Part shown: in pieces, positions 63,758-64,000 of the stretch
Layout: every line of letters starts with the position of its first letter
Numbering within the stretch: position 1 is the stretch's first letter
Source of the DNA: Vairimorpha necatrix
Taxonomy: Eukaryota
Length of the DNA stretch: 64,000 nt
Assembly: GCA_036630325.1 (NCBI GenBank)
Contig: CP142730.1
Location: 930,001-994,000 of the forward strand
Direction: 5' to 3'
Translations under genes and position numbers: made by a program
Notes under the pieces: model-generated
What the model saw: only the letters and a program-made list of their open reading frames with translations
What the model was told of the DNA's origin: nothing
Databases searched by the model: none

Positions 63758-64000
63758 TATTCATTATAGAAAATGAAATATAATATTAATTTTAGTATTA
63801 AAGTATGAAGTGTCTATAAATGTAAGCGTACTAGCAAATATGGCGACTCTCAAAGAAGTAGTGTATTTAAAAAAAAAACAATGATAAAGTTTAGAGTTAC
63901 AAACGAAAATAATTTTACTGAAACAATATTTTTTAAAGCTATGCATTCATTAACAATACGTGGCAAGATGTGCTATAACAATATACGGTAAAATTTAAAT

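Noticed and set aside
1-64000. Prokaryotic interpretation (IS1595 elements, CRISPR, operons)
   Set aside because: Low gene density, LTR/LINE/SINE content and CCC starts indicate a eukaryote. No repeat-spacer array was seen.

Overview
Very AT-rich, gene-sparse, apparently intron-free eukaryotic DNA. A CCC motif 2-5 nt before almost every credible ATG, together with the transposon content, points to a large-genome microsporidian (inference; no species named). The window is dominated by a dispersed array of one unnamed family of predicted type I surface proteins, with 9 intact genes and 3 pseudogenes. Each has a signal peptide, a ~200-aa head with six conserved Cys, a Thr/Asn/Glu-rich stalk of very variable length, a TM helix and a basic tail. 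The array shows signs of head/stalk shuffling and diversification. There is also a duplicated 164-aa orphan gene whose C-terminal half is hypervariable. Mobile elements fill the spacers: five Merlin (IS1595/ISXO2-like) DNA transposons with TIRs and 8-9 bp TSDs, a young Ty3/Gypsy element with identical LTRs that encodes Gag-protease-integrase but no RT/RNase H and has a 26-bp palindrome where the PBS should be, four 3' fragments of REL-endonuclease non-LTR retrotransposons, and a GC-rich tRNA-headed SINE with a poly(A) tail and TSD. No housekeeping gene, rRNA or CRISPR was recognised. All alignments were done by eye.
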